The notes under the pieces: model-generated
What the model was told of the DNA's origin: nothing
Seen by the model: only the letters and a program-made list of their open reading frames with translations
Database searches by the model: none
Assembly (NCBI GenBank): GCA_027339965.1
Contig: DAHWNL010000014.1
Location: forward strand, 69,141-133,140
Source: Granulicella sp.
GTDB lineage: Bacteria; Acidobacteriota; Terriglobia; Terriglobales; Acidobacteriaceae
Length of the DNA: 64,000 bases
Direction of reading: 5' to 3'
Program-made: the position numbers and the translations under genes
Shown: positions 39,765 through 58,533 of the stretch, piece after piece
Position numbering within the stretch: the stretch's first letter is position 1
How the letters are laid out: the number at the start of each line of letters is the position of its first letter

Positions 39765-40424
39765 ATGGCATTAACCAAGGCAAAGAAGAGCGAGAAGGTC
39801 AAGGCGCTGGCAGTGGAGCTGGAGAGCTCGACGTCGGCTATTATCGGCACGTTCAAGGGGCTGACCGCCTCCAAGGACTTTGAGCTACGCAAGGTGATTC
39901 GCGCCGCCGGTGGAAGCTACCACGTGGTCAAGAACAAACTGGCGGCCAGGAGCAGCCAGGGCACCAGGGTGGGGAAGGCGCTGCAAGGACTCAAGGGAGT
40001 CAACTCGGTGGCCTACACCTCGGGAGATCCCGTGGCGCTGGCCAAGGCGCTCTCGACCTGGGTAAAAGACAATGCGGAGTACACCTTCAAGCTGGGCATC
40101 GTGGACGGCAAGGTGATTACGGTGGAGGAGATTGACTCGCTGGCCAAGCTGCCCGGCAAGGAGGAGCTCTTCTCCAAGTTGATGTTCCTCATCCAGTCGC
40201 CGGCGCAGCGTCTGGCGACGGTGATCAACGCCGCCGGGCGGGATCTCGCGGTGGTGATCAACCAAGGAGTGGAAAAGGGCAAGTTCGGCGCCGCCGCGGT
40301 CAAAGCCGCGGTCGCGGAGGTTTCTGCGGCGCAAGGCAAGCCGCCCTCTCCCGCAGCGGAGCCGGAGAGCGCCACCGCGTCGCAGGCGGAAGGGGCGACC
40401 GGCCTCGATCCTGCCCAGGGATAA
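39765..40424 (+). CDS. rplJ: 50S ribosomal protein L10
   Basis: GLT...[21 protein letters not shown]; located between rplA and rplL; Ala/Pro-rich C-terminal tail. Confidence 0.95.
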   Translation: MALTKAKKSEKVKALAVELESSTSAIIGTFKGLTASKDFELRKVIRAAGGSYHVVKNKLAARSSQGTRVGKALQGLKGVNSVAYTSGDPVALAKALSTWVKDNAEYTFKLGIVDGKVITVEEIDSLAKLPGKEELFSKLMFLIQSPAQRLATVINAAGRDLAVVINQGVEKGKFGAAAVKAAVAEVSAAQGKPPSPAAEPESATASQAEGATGLDPAQG

Positions 40425-40580
40425 CCAAAGTTTCGCTGTGGCCTTCGCCGAGTGCGCAGTCTGGGCGCATCGGAAACTCGGCAGGGCCGGAGCAGCCTGG
40501 AGCAGAACAGGCCTCAGGTAAGTTGAATCGGAAGCAGAGCGGCATCGGGTTTTGCAACTTTTACGTATAGGGAGAGAGAG

Positions 40581-40955
40581 ATGGCGGATATTCAGCAGTT
40601 GGAAGATCAGATTGTAGGCCTCAGCCTGCTTGAGGCGGCGGAGTTGGTGAAGAAGCTTGAGGAGCGCCTGGGCGTCTCGGCGGCGGCTGCGGTAGCGGCG
40701 GCTCCGGCAGCGGGCGCGGCCGCTGCGGCTCCCGCGGTGGAGGAGAAGACCGAGTTCACGGTGATTCTGAAGGACGCCGGGGCCAACAAGATCAATACAA
40801 TCAAGGCTGTGCGAGAGGTTACCGCGCTGGGGCTGAAGGAGGCCAAGGATCTGGTCGACGGCGCTCCCAAGGCCCTGAAGGAGAACATCTCGAAGGATGA
40901 TGCGGCGGCGATCGCCAAGAAGTTCGAGGGCGTCGCGACCGTCGAGATCAAGTAG
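40581..40955 (+). CDS. rplL: 50S ribosomal protein L7/L12
   Basis: [33 protein letters not shown]. Confidence 0.98.
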   Translation: MADIQQLEDQIVGLSLLEAAELVKKLEERLGVSAAAAVAAAPAAGAAAAAPAVEEKTEFTVILKDAGANKINTIKAVREVTALGLKEAKDLVDGAPKALKENISKDDAAAIAKKFEGVATVEIK

Positions 40956-41746
40956 TTCCGGGTGGGTGACGGCAGGCTCCGCCTGCCCCGATCCAGCATG
41001 TTGCAGCCGGGGCGAATCTGGGGTATTCTCTCTAATGGGAGACTTCCGCAGACGCCTCGGCGCAATGTTTTCTGCGGGGTTCTAAAGGTCAAAATTCCAT
41101 CATCAAGTTTCATCCGGCTCATCCTGGCACTGCGAAGCAGGTTACGGAGCCGGCCATCTTGTGGTTTGAGCGGCGGGCCCACAAGGTGCAAACGTGCGAC
41201 AAGCGGCAAACGTTGGGCCCGCATCGCGTGCGGGATCAAAGGGCGGCGATTATCCACCGTTTCTGTGTCAGATCACTTAGGAATCTAAAGTGCGCGCTCT
41301 CCGGGCAGGACGTCCCGCAGGGCGCTTTCGGCGTCTCCGGCCACCGGATGCCGCAGCGCGGGCCGGAGAGCCTTTGCTGTCGCATCGTCATTCGGGCCGT
41401 TCCTTCCGGCGCTGCGTAGAGATATACCAGCAGCGGGGCTTGCGTGGCAAATCGCCCCCTGGGAGCCAAGCCGGCTGCCGCATCAGGTTTTCACCCCGCA
41501 GAATGCTTCGCTGGGGTTTGTAGGACGCGCTTCAGTTGCGATCTCTGCGAGGAGAGCGAGCAGCGGAACAGGCGCACATCAAGACCCATGAGAGGCGCCG
41601 CGGCAGCGGCGGCTTCTCCTCTTCGCCGGGTGCCGGAGTTGCCGCGAGTCAGCAACGCGCACTTCGAGCCGCCGGCGAGGAGCCTCGAGCCAACGAGCCA
41701 AGCATCAGCCGGTGAACAAGCGCCGGTCGATGCATCAGGAGACAGC

Positions 41747-46255
<4,509 letters not shown>

Positions 46256-46495
46256 AACCTGCTTTACGCCGTCTCCGCCGGCGGGCTTTGGGCTTGGGTA
46301 ATGGCAGAAGCCTGCCGGTGGAGATGGACAGAGATGGAAGTGGTGAGTCCGGAAGCGCGGATCCATCGCGAGGGTAATCGCAGTCGCCGGTTGGACTGCA
46401 CAGCTAGCAGCGAAGCTCGCAACGCAGACTCTTGAAGGCGAAGAGTGAAGCAAAAGTTGGTATCGAGCTAAGCACTGCAAACGGAGAGAAAAAAC

Positions 46496-50686
<4,191 letters not shown>

Positions 50687-50807
50687 ATCCCGCACACGGC
50701 GCGGAGGGCAATCGACTCCTCGCCGGCAACAAACTCTTCACCGAATTCAGAAGCGGCAAACGCCAACCCGAAAGCAAAGCAGATCCAAGCACCAGAAGCA
50801 AGGGATG

Positions 50808-50837
50808 AGGGCGGGCTCCACGGAGCCCACCCTTTTT
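50808..50837 (+). terminator. Rho-independent terminator after rpoC
   Basis: AGGGCGGGCTCC-AC-GGAGCCCACCCT hairpin followed by a T run. Confidence 0.75.
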
Positions 50838-51001
50838 CCATACTCGGACTGCGCTCTGCAACGCCCAGGCCATCTCGCCAACCGCTGCCTTTTGCAGAAG
50901 CCTTGGGGCTGACGGTAGCTGACCTGCGCCATGCGGCTCACGGCGAACGAGAGCCAGTGCCGGGTTGCGGAAGCTTGCGGCGACGACGTAGACTCTCTCG
51001 C

Positions 51002-51946
51002 ATGAGAAACGTCATGCGCAAACTGCGCTGCTTGGCAGTCGCTTCCATCGCTTCGGCTTTGGCAGTGGCCCCCGCGGCGGTTCCAGCTCAGGCCTGGGCC
51101 AGGGCGGCTCTGGACAAGAGTCCACGTCACGGCGAGTACGTATCCATCCCCGAGGCAAGCCCAGAGGTAAGCCCCGAGGCAAGCCCCGAGGCAAGCCCGG
51201 AGCCAGGCGGACGCAAGCTGCAAGCCTGGGTCGTCTATCCGGAGGTCAGCCGGAAGGCCCCGGTCGTGGTGATGATCCACGAGATCTTCGGGCTGAGCGA
51301 CTGGGCCCGTGAGATGGCCGATCAAGTTGCCGCCGCAGGTTATATCGTGGTCGAGCCGGATCTGCTGAGCGAACTTGGCCCGCTCTCCGCCGCTGCGCCA
51401 TCCATGCAGATGGCTCCGGGCTCCGGCGGCGCGCCCTACGTGCCGGTGAAGCCGGGCGGCACGGCGGCCTTCCCGGATCAGGATGCAGTGGTGAAGGCGG
51501 TTTCGGCTCTTCCTGACGCTCAGATTCTTGCCGACCTGAACGCCGCCGCCGACTACGGAAAAAGCCTGCCCGCATCCAACGGCAAGTTGAACGTAGTGGG
51601 ATTCTGCTGGGGCGGTGGGAAGTCATTTCTCTTTGCCACGAATCGCCGCGATCTCAGCGCCGCCTTTGTTTTCTATGGAACACCGCCGCAGGCGTCCCTC
51701 ATGAAGCGCATTACCGCCCCGGTCTACGGCTTCTATGCCGGCAACGACGCTCGCGTCACCGCTACGGTTCCGCAGACCATCAGCGACATGAAGGCCGCGG
51801 GCAAGGTCTACCAGCCGGTCATCTATCCCGGTGCCGGGCACGGCTTCATGCGCGCCGGCGAGGCTCCCGATGCCAATGCCGCCAATGCTGCCGCGCAGAA
51901 GAAGAGCCTTCGCAGGCTGCTGCGGCTGCTGCGCAGCGACGGCTGA
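51002..51946 (+). CDS. Dienelactone hydrolase family protein (secreted)
   Basis: IHEIFGL, GFCWGG nucleophile motif, GAGHGF; signal peptide; in-frame 12-bp repeat x4 (PEAS) at 51149-51196. Confidence 0.92.
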   Translation: MRNVMRKLRCLAVASIASALAVAPAAVPAQAWARAALDKSPRHGEYVSIPEASPEVSPEASPEASPEPGGRKLQAWVVYPEVSRKAPVVVMIHEIFGLSDWAREMADQVAAAGYIVVEPDLLSELGPLSAAAPSMQMAPGSGGAPYVPVKPGGTAAFPDQDAVVKAVSALPDAQILADLNAAADYGKSLPASNGKLNVVGFCWGGGKSFLFATNRRDLSAAFVFYGTPPQASLMKRITAPVYGFYAGNDARVTATVPQTISDMKAAGKVYQPVIYPGAGHGFMRAGEAPDANAANAAAQKKSLRRLLRLLRSDG

Positions 51947-52050
51947 GCCGCATCGGAACTCTTTGTAGACCGAGCCGATGCCAACGACGGCTTGGCCGCG
52001 TCTGCAGCACGAACGCGCAGGTCGCGCGGGCTCGGCAAAAGTCTTCTCCC

Positions 52051-53946
52051 TCAGCGCTCATAGTGCAGGCGAAAGCCGAAGATGGCGTTGACTGGGCCGC
52101 GCGCATGGTTGAAAGCGGGATTGTCCACAAACTGGTAGTCCAACGCGGCGTGGATGTGGCGGGAGAACTGGTGGTCGTAGTAGATCTCCACCACCTTCTC
52201 CGGGCGGTAGTCCAAAAAGCCGTCGCCGGTAAGGATGCCGATGCCGCCGTCGGCCAGATACGCCTGGTTCGCCTTGGAGGCCCCGCTGGTGACGAAGGCG
52301 GCTCCTACAACATCGTTGGGTAACTTCCAGCGCCCGCCTTGAATACTGGTGCCGAAGGACGCGGTCCAGTTGGAGTCAGTGAACTCGAACGCCTCATTTT
52401 GCCCGATGTTCCAGCCGATGCGGGAGAACACGCCGATGTTCTGGCTGATCTCCTGCTCAACGTTCAGTCCCGCGCCATAGGTGTCACGCAGGGCGTGCGT
52501 ATCGTCGATTCCGCCCGTGATGCCGTTGGCGGTGGCCAGGAACTTCGCCGGCGTCCCATATTCCGCCAGGATGGCTGGGGAGTTCGCCAGAGCCACCGCG
52601 GCTTTAAAACTGCCCATGTCGGCTTGTTCATCAAAGACCAGAAGTCGAATCGCGCCAGGATGCGTCCCCAGGTTGTGCCGATGCTCAAGTTCGGTCACCA
52701 TGCTCCAGTCCTTGAAGATCTTGCCGTCTCCGGCTTCCGGCTCGCTGGGTATTGTCAGGTAGAGGCTCTCGGCGGTGAACTGATTCCGGTACTTGGTCAA
52801 CTGGAACCAGCCGTAGCGCAAGGCCCATTTGGGCGTATACCACTCGATGGCAATTCCCGTGGTAAAGCCCAGCGCATCGGCGGGATAGTCATACGCGGCA
52901 TTGGCCATTAAGCCCCAGTTCAAGAACTGTGTGCGCGGGTCATTCGCATACCGGTTGTTGTCAAAGATGTCCTTGATGCTGTAACGGCCCACGGTAATCG
53001 TGATGTGATTCGGATCCTGTTGACCGCGCAGCGTAATCTCATCGTCGTCTACAGGCTGCTCGCCCTTGCCGCCCAGATTGATGGTCTTTCGAATGAAAAA
53101 CCGCACGACGGAGAAGTGAGGGTAGCGCACTCCTGCCTTGAACGCTTCCCCGTCGGGAAAGTCGTCAATGCCGTAGCTATTGTTCAGGCCATAGCCCTGC
53201 CAGAACAGCGTGTCGATGTGAAACTCCATGCTCGAGCTCAGCCGGTATCCGAAATACACGTCCGTCGACTGGGTTTCGCGCGCCTGCCCCTGGGTCGGCA
53301 GGCTACTTCCGGTTCCAAACACCAGGTAGGCTGGGTCCGTATACCTGGCGGAAAAGGAAGGGTATCCCATGCCGGTCAGGGTGTACTGGTAATGCAGGTT
53401 GTACTTCTCCGGCAGAGCGTTGTCCGCCGGCGCCACGTCCGATGCTTCCGGCGCTGATGCCTGTGGCGACGGTGTTTGCGCTTGCGGTTCGGCGCCGGGA
53501 AACAGACTGGCGAACTCCGTCCCGTTCTCCATGGTGCTCATGCCCTCTTCCATGCTGTTCTGTTTCATGGCCATCGCACGCCCGCTCAGCGGGCCGCAAT
53601 CGTTGTTACCAACGGAGTCGCAGGCCTGGGCGCAGCCGTTTCCGGCGTGAGCGGAAAGACGCATGGAAGCATGCGGGGAGTGGCGCGCGAGCGGGCCATC
53701 CCCGGGGCACATCCCCAGCCAGCTTGCGGCCGGGTACAGCGCAGAAAACCCGACCCGCGGTTGCCAAGGGTCAGTGTTCTGCGCAGAGGGATAGAGATGC
53801 GGATGCTTGCTGATTTGGCTCAAAGAAGCCGCAGGCCGGGGTTCGGAAGCCTGCGGAACGGGAGCCGCTGGTTGCTGTGCAAGCAGGGCCACGCACCAGG
53901 TCAGGGCGAGTGCGAGGGCTGGGAGAAAACGCATATCAAACTCCAC
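52051..53946 (-). CDS. OprB-family (carbohydrate-selective / MnoP-like metal) porin
   Basis: DIFDNNRYANDPRTQFLNWGLM, YDYPAD, NPAFNHARGPV and C-terminal FRLHY; signal peptide. Confidence 0.85.
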   Translation of the reverse strand: MEFDMRFLPALALALTWCVALLAQQPAAPVPQASEPRPAASLSQISKHPHLYPSAQNTDPWQPRVGFSALYPAASWLGMCPGDGPLARHSPHASMRLSAHAGNGCAQACDSVGNNDCGPLSGRAMAMKQNSMEEGMSTMENGTEFASLFPGAEPQAQTPSPQASAPEASDVAPADNALPEKYNLHYQYTLTGMGYPSFSARYTDPAYLVFGTGSSLPTQGQARETQSTDVYFGYRLSSSMEFHIDTLFWQGYGLNNSYGIDDFPDGEAFKAGVRYPHFSVVRFFIRKTINLGGKGEQPVDDDEITLRGQQDPNHITITVGRYSIKDIFDNNRYANDPRTQFLNWGLMANAAYDYPADALGFTTGIAIEWYTPKWALRYGWFQLTKYRNQFTAESLYLTIPSEPEAGDGKIFKDWSMVTELEHRHNLGTHPGAIRLLVFDEQADMGSFKAAVALANSPAILAEYGTPAKFLATANGITGGIDDTHALRDTYGAGLNVEQEISQNIGVFSRIGWNIGQNEAFEFTDSNWTASFGTSIQGGRWKLPNDVVGAAFVTSGASKANQAYLADGGIGILTGDGFLDYRPEKVVEIYYDHQFSRHIHAALDYQFVDNPAFNHARGPVNAIFGFRLHYER

Positions 53947-54416
53947 TTCATTCTATGGTTCTGCTTGCCGCTTCTTTGTAAAAAAACGAAAGGCCTAGCC
54001 TGGCTTCTGCTTGTGGACGGATAAATTGTGGCCCTCTTTCGGCTGTGCATTGCGTGCAAGACGCGCGGCCGGTACCCTCCCCAGAGACTGCTTCGTGCTG
54101 TGTGCGCAAAGGTTTGACGAGCCGTGCCGCTGTAGGGGAAGAATCATGGAATGCTCAACACCGCAGCTTTCGCAGCCTATGAATACAGATAGATGACAAT
54201 GTGTTCAGACGCGTGCTAGCCGCTGCTTGCCGGCCTTCGGGCGGCCACGCGTCAAGCATCTGGTTGACGCGTGGCCTGCGAAAGAAGACCAATCGCAGCT
54301 TCCGTGCGTGCCTCTTTCCGGGGCCTTGTCACACACTATGACCGCTTGCGTCGCCACGGAATGGCTTTGCGGCGATGAACGCCATCGTTGGCTCCCGCAA
54401 GGCGCATCCTCCTCAC

Positions 54417-54608
54417 TCAGGCGCATAATCGCGGCTCTCCGCCTTCCAGTTGCGGAGCCTGGCCGCCGGCCGGCTGTGACCGTGCGGGTCTCGAGCGCCT
54501 CCAGGTGCAAACCAGCGGCGTTCCCGGCGCGCCGGTCGAACTCCACGCGCAGACCAGCGGGGGCGCAGGATGAAGTGTCATCGTCATGGTCAGTGTTGTC
54601 TTGTTCAT
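54417..54608 (-). CDS. Small protein (63 aa) with a duplicated PLVCxW motif
   Basis: Strong AAGGAGG RBS 4 nt before the ATG; MNKTTLTMTMTLHPAP-PLVCAW-SSTGAPGT-PLVCTW-RRSR. Confidence 0.65.
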   Translation of the reverse strand: MNKTTLTMTMTLHPAPPLVCAWSSTGAPGTPLVCTWRRSRPARSQPAGGQAPQLEGGEPRLCA

Positions 54609-54931
54609 GATTCCTCCTTATCTGCCTCGCGCCGGCGCCAGGCAACTCGCGCACGCAGGCGCAAGGGCACGCAGGCGCAAGAACTCAGGCGCTCAACAGT
54701 TCATCGATGGGGGAGGTGTGGGAGGGGTGCTTGCGGACCGCCATCTCACGCACTCAAATCACAGGTTGCATGCTGTGCAGAGCGGTGAGAGATTGCAGAC
54801 CGTCAAGCTACTGGCAATCGTCAGAGCTTCTGTCACAGCACAGGAAAGGCTTCGAACTTGGAGGTTCTTGTGCGGCTTCCATGCTCATAGGTGTTGTTCA
54901 AACTCCGGCGCGGACAAATCCGCGCTACTCT

Positions 54932-54960
54932 TTTGTACCATACCCCCCTAGGATATACAA
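54932..54960 (-). promoter_or_regulatory. Sigma70 promoter with a CsoR/RcnR-like operator in the spacer
   Basis: Minus strand TTGTAT-N17-TACAAA with an extended TG; palindrome ATACCC-CCCTA-GGATAT (54940-54956) containing a C6 tract. Confidence 0.65.
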
Positions 54961-55057
54961 GCCGAGACCTGGTGCGTGGAACTGGCGCGCTCCCTGCACC
55001 TGCTTGCGCCCACCTTGCGCCTTGTGTCCCGGTTGCCATCTCCTGTCTACTGGTTAA

Positions 55058-57847
55058 ATGAATCAGGAGCTACCCAAGGCATACGATCCCTCGCTGATCG
55101 AAGAGAAGTGGTCCAACTTCTGGGTGAAAGAGGGTATCTTTTCCGTGTCCACTCCCTCGGACGCGTCCGGCATACGGCCCTTTGTGCAGTTGCTGCCGCC
55201 GCCCAACGTCACCGGACGTCTGCACATGGGCCACATGCTCAACCAGACGGAGATGGACATCCTCACCCGCTGGCATCGCATGACCGGCTCCACGGCCGTC
55301 TGGGTGCCCGGCACGGATCACGCCGGCATCGCCACGCAGATGATGGTGGAGCGCCAGCTCGCCGCGGAAGGGAAGTCCCGCGCCGACTTCACGCGTCAGG
55401 CCTTCACCGATCGCGTCTGGGCCTGGAAGCAGCAGTACGGCTCCGCGATCACGGACCAGATGCGCCGCCTGGGGGCCTCCGTCGACTGGAGTCGCGAGTA
55501 CTTCACCATGGACGATCGCCTCTCCCACTCGGTCAAAGAGGCCTTTGTTCGCCTCTGGGAGCAGGGGCTCATCTATCGCGGCGCCTACATCGTCAACTGG
55601 GACCCGGTCCTCGGCACCGCCGTCTCCGACCTTGAGGTCGAGTCCGAAGAGCGCGCCGGCCATCTCTACCACATTCGCTATCCTCTGGCCGACGGCTCCG
55701 GGAGCATCGTCGTGGCCACCACGCGTCCGGAGACCATGCTCGGTGATACGGCGGTAGCTGTAAACCCCGCAGATGAACGCTACCAGCATGTGGTCGGCAA
55801 GACGCTCCGGCTGCCCCTGGTGGGAAGAGAGATTCCCATCCTCGCCGACGACTGGGCGCAGCCCGAGTTCGGCACCGGAGCCGTCAAGGTCACGCCGGCT
55901 CACGACCCCAACGACTTCGCCATCGGTCAGCGCCACCAACTGCCTTCGCTCAACATCATGGACCAGCAGGCGCGGATCGAGCTGGAGGGTTCGCCTTACC
56001 ACGGTCTGGACCGCTTTGAGGCCCGCCGCCGCATCGTCGCTGACCTGGAGGCCGCCGGTCTGATGGTCGCCGTCAAGGATCACACCCTGACGCTGCCCAT
56101 CTCACAGCGCACCGGCGCCGTCATTGAACCGCGTCTCTCCATGCAGTGGTTCCTGGCCGTGCATCAAGGCCCCAAAGACGGCGGCAGCAGCATCGCCGCC
56201 AATGCCGTTGCCGCAGTGCGTCAGGGCCACATCCAATTCACCCCGGAGATGTACTCCAAGGTGTACTTCGAGTGGATGAACAACATCCATGACTGGTGCA
56301 TCTCCCGCCAGCTCTGGTGGGGCCATCGCATTCCGGCCTGGCACTGCGCCGCCTGTGGCAAGATCAACGTCGCCCGCTCCGCGCCCGCCGTCTGCCGCGG
56401 CTGCGGCAGCGCGGAGCTGGTTCAGGAGACCGATGTGCTGGATACCTGGTTCTCCTCCGGCCTGCTTCCCTTCACCGTCTTCCGCTGGACGGGAGACTCA
56501 GCCGTGGACCGCGCCAATCCCGATCTGGCGGCGTTCTATCCTACCCAGCTTCTGGTTACCGGCTTTGACATTCTGTTCTTCTGGGTGGCGCGCATGATCA
56601 TGCTCGGCTGCCACTTCATGTTGCAGGTTCCCAATCCGGACGGAAGCCGGCGCGAGCTCCAGGACGCCGTCCCCTTCCGCCAGGTGTACATTCACGCGCT
56701 GGTGCGCGATGCGGACCGCCAGAAGATGTCCAAGACCAAGGGCAACGTGATTGATCCCATCGAGATCATCACCCGTTACGGCACGGATGCGGTGCGCTTC
56801 ACGCTGGCCAGCCAGGCCTCGCCGGGCACGGACATCGCCTTCCAGGAGAGCCGCACGGAGGGCTATCGCGCTTTCGCCAACAAGATCTGGAACGCCGCCC
56901 GCTTCCTGCAGATGAACCTGGACCGGGCTCGACAGGCCGGCTACCGCATCTCGCTCAGCGGCCACGACTCGGTCTCTCTGGAGCTGCCGCAGACCACTCC
57001 GATCGAAACCCGCTGGATCTTCTCTCGCCTGAGCACCGTGGCGGAGGCCGTGGCCCGCGCGCTCGCCGCCTATCGCTTTGATGAAGCCTCCAGCGCCATC
57101 TACCAGTTCTTCTGGGGCGAGTTCTGTGACTGGTACCTGGAGCTGGTCAAGCTGCGGCTGAACTTTGAAGGCCCGCACAACGACCTCACCGCGCTCACCC
57201 TCAACGCCCTGGCCGGCGTCTTTGAGGCAGCTCTGCGTCTGCTCTCTCCCTTCATGCCTTTTCTCACCGAAGAGCTCTGGCACGCACTGTACTCCAGCGT
57301 CGGCAGTCCCTCGCCGGCCGTCTCCATCGCGCTCACCCGTTATCCCCAGGCAGAGGACTTCGCCGCCGACGAGGCCGCTGTGCGGGAGATGAACACGCTC
57401 CAGGAGCTCATCGTCACCGTGCGCGCTCTGCGCAAAGATTTGGCCGCGCCGGAAAAGCAGGCCCTGCCCATCCGCCTGCACGCCGCTGCCGGCGTGGCGG
57501 CTCTCGCCGAGGCCAATGCGGAGATGCTCTCGCGCCTGGCGCGTGTCAGCGGCGTGGAGATCTCCGCCGCTGTGCTCACCGGCGCTGGAACACGCTCTAC
57601 GGCAGCCTTTGACGTGGCTGTTCTCTATGAGCGGCAGGTGGACGCGGCCGCGGAGCGCGAACGCCTCACCCGCGAGCTTACCCGGCTGAACAAAGGCCTG
57701 GAGGCGGCTGAAAAGCAGCTCCACAATCAAGGTTTCCTCGCCCGCGCTCCGGAGCACATCGTGGAAGGTCTGCGCAAGCAGCATGCGGAGACGCTGGCGC
57801 TCCGGCAAAGGGCGGAGGCGGCCCTGGCGGCCCTGCCGCCTGAGTGA
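55058..57847 (+). CDS. valS: Valine--tRNA ligase
   Basis: PPPNVTGRLHMGH, GTDHAGIATQ, WCISRQLWWGHRIP, KMSKT, C-terminal coiled coil. Confidence 0.98.
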   Translation: MNQELPKAYDPSLIEEKWSNFWVKEGIFSVSTPSDASGIRPFVQLLPPPNVTGRLHMGHMLNQTEMDILTRWHRMTGSTAVWVPGTDHAGIATQMMVERQLAAEGKSRADFTRQAFTDRVWAWKQQYGSAITDQMRRLGASVDWSREYFTMDDRLSHSVKEAFVRLWEQGLIYRGAYIVNWDPVLGTAVSDLEVESEERAGHLYHIRYPLADGSGSIVVATTRPETMLGDTAVAVNPADERYQHVVGKTLRLPLVGREIPILADDWAQPEFGTGAVKVTPAHDPNDFAIGQRHQLPSLNIMDQQARIELEGSPYHGLDRFEARRRIVADLEAAGLMVAVKDHTLTLPISQRTGAVIEPRLSMQWFLAVHQGPKDGGSSIAANAVAAVRQGHIQFTPEMYSKVYFEWMNNIHDWCISRQLWWGHRIPAWHCAACGKINVARSAPAVCRGCGSAELVQETDVLDTWFSSGLLPFTVFRWTGDSAVDRANPDLAAFYPTQLLVTGFDILFFWVARMIMLGCHFMLQVPNPDGSRRELQDAVPFRQVYIHALVRDADRQKMSKTKGNVIDPIEIITRYGTDAVRFTLASQASPGTDIAFQESRTEGYRAFANKIWNAARFLQMNLDRARQAGYRISLSGHDSVSLELPQTTPIETRWIFSRLSTVAEAVARALAAYRFDEASSAIYQFFWGEFCDWYLELVKLRLNFEGPHNDLTALTLNALAGVFEAALRLLSPFMPFLTEELWHALYSSVGSPSPAVSIALTRYPQAEDFAADEAAVREMNTLQELIVTVRALRKDLAAPEKQALPIRLHAAAGVAALAEANAEMLSRLARVSGVEISAAVLTGAGTRSTAAFDVAVLYERQVDAAAERERLTRELTRLNKGLEAAEKQLHNQGFLARAPEHIVEGLRKQHAETLALRQRAEAALAALPPE

Positions 57848-57851
57848 TCTG

Positions 57852-57968
57852 TTATAGCATTTTCAGTGTGGATGGGTGTCCCGAAGAGGGCTTGCAGTGG
57901 TGTTTTCATTGGGGAAAACGCCCATAGAAGTCGAGGCATGGGATACACCTGCACTGAAACTGCTTTAG
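57852..57968 (-). mobile_element. ~117-bp MITE-like repeat, copy B (inverted relative to A and C)
   Basis: TTATAGCATTTTCAGTG...CACTGAAACTGCTTTAG; its reverse complement aligns with 26797-26914 (shared CTATGGGCGTTTTCCCCAATGAAAAC). Confidence 0.8.
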
Positions 57969-58093
57969 CCGCCCTGTCTCCGGCTTGGACCTTTTGGCGG
58001 CTTCCCAACCCGTTCCTGCCTGCGTCCAAAGGGGTGCAACCTATGCGTTCCAACGAGCGTACTACTCCCCATGTCTTCACCGGAGTTCTTGTG

Positions 58094-58303
58094 ATGGCCT
58101 TTCCGATCAAAACCTGTGCCCTCTGCGGAGAAGAGTTCGAACTGCGTCCGGACAAGCCGGGCTACGCCAACCGCTGCCCCGCCTGCTCCTCGCCGGAGGC
58201 TGCGGCATCTGGAGACCAGAATCGCTTGGCCTTTGGCGACCGCGAGGCCAACGCAGCGCGCCGCGAGGCCATGCGCAACCTGCTCTACCGCAAGGACAGC
58301 TAA
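58094..58303 (+). CDS. Small Zn-ribbon protein (69 aa)
   Basis: MAFPIKTCALCGEEFELRPDKPGYANRCPACS...AARREAMRNLLYRKDS*; two CxxC pairs; GGAG RBS. Confidence 0.78.
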   Translation: MAFPIKTCALCGEEFELRPDKPGYANRCPACSSPEAAASGDQNRLAFGDREANAARREAMRNLLYRKDS

Positions 58304-58367
58304 GGATTTCCGCGGAATTTTGGATGCCCCACATCTCATCTTTTTGAGATGTAGGCGACCCAGAATC
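58253..58367 (+). repeat. att-like direct repeat, copy 1 (3' end of the Zn-ribbon gene plus REP-like hairpin)
   Basis: Core CATGCGCAACCTGCTCTACCGCAAGGACAGCTAAGGAT followed by hairpin ACATCTCA-TCTTTT-TGAGATGT. Confidence 0.8.
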
Positions 58368-58533
58368 CCTGTCTCGCCGTTGACGCAGGCAGCGCGGCGG
58401 AGTGCGCGCACGGCCTCGAACCACAGGCGATCCAGAGGAGCATCCTATCGATCGAAGCCAGAATGCCGACAGCATAACAATGCTATCGGTCACAAGCCCA
58501 CGTCTTTCCCCGCCCGCGGTATCCTTGGAGTCA

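Noticed and set aside
41444..41746. 100-aa N-terminal extension of RpoB in the ORF track
   Set aside because: No RpoB-like sequence; the AGGAG RBS supports the start at 41747
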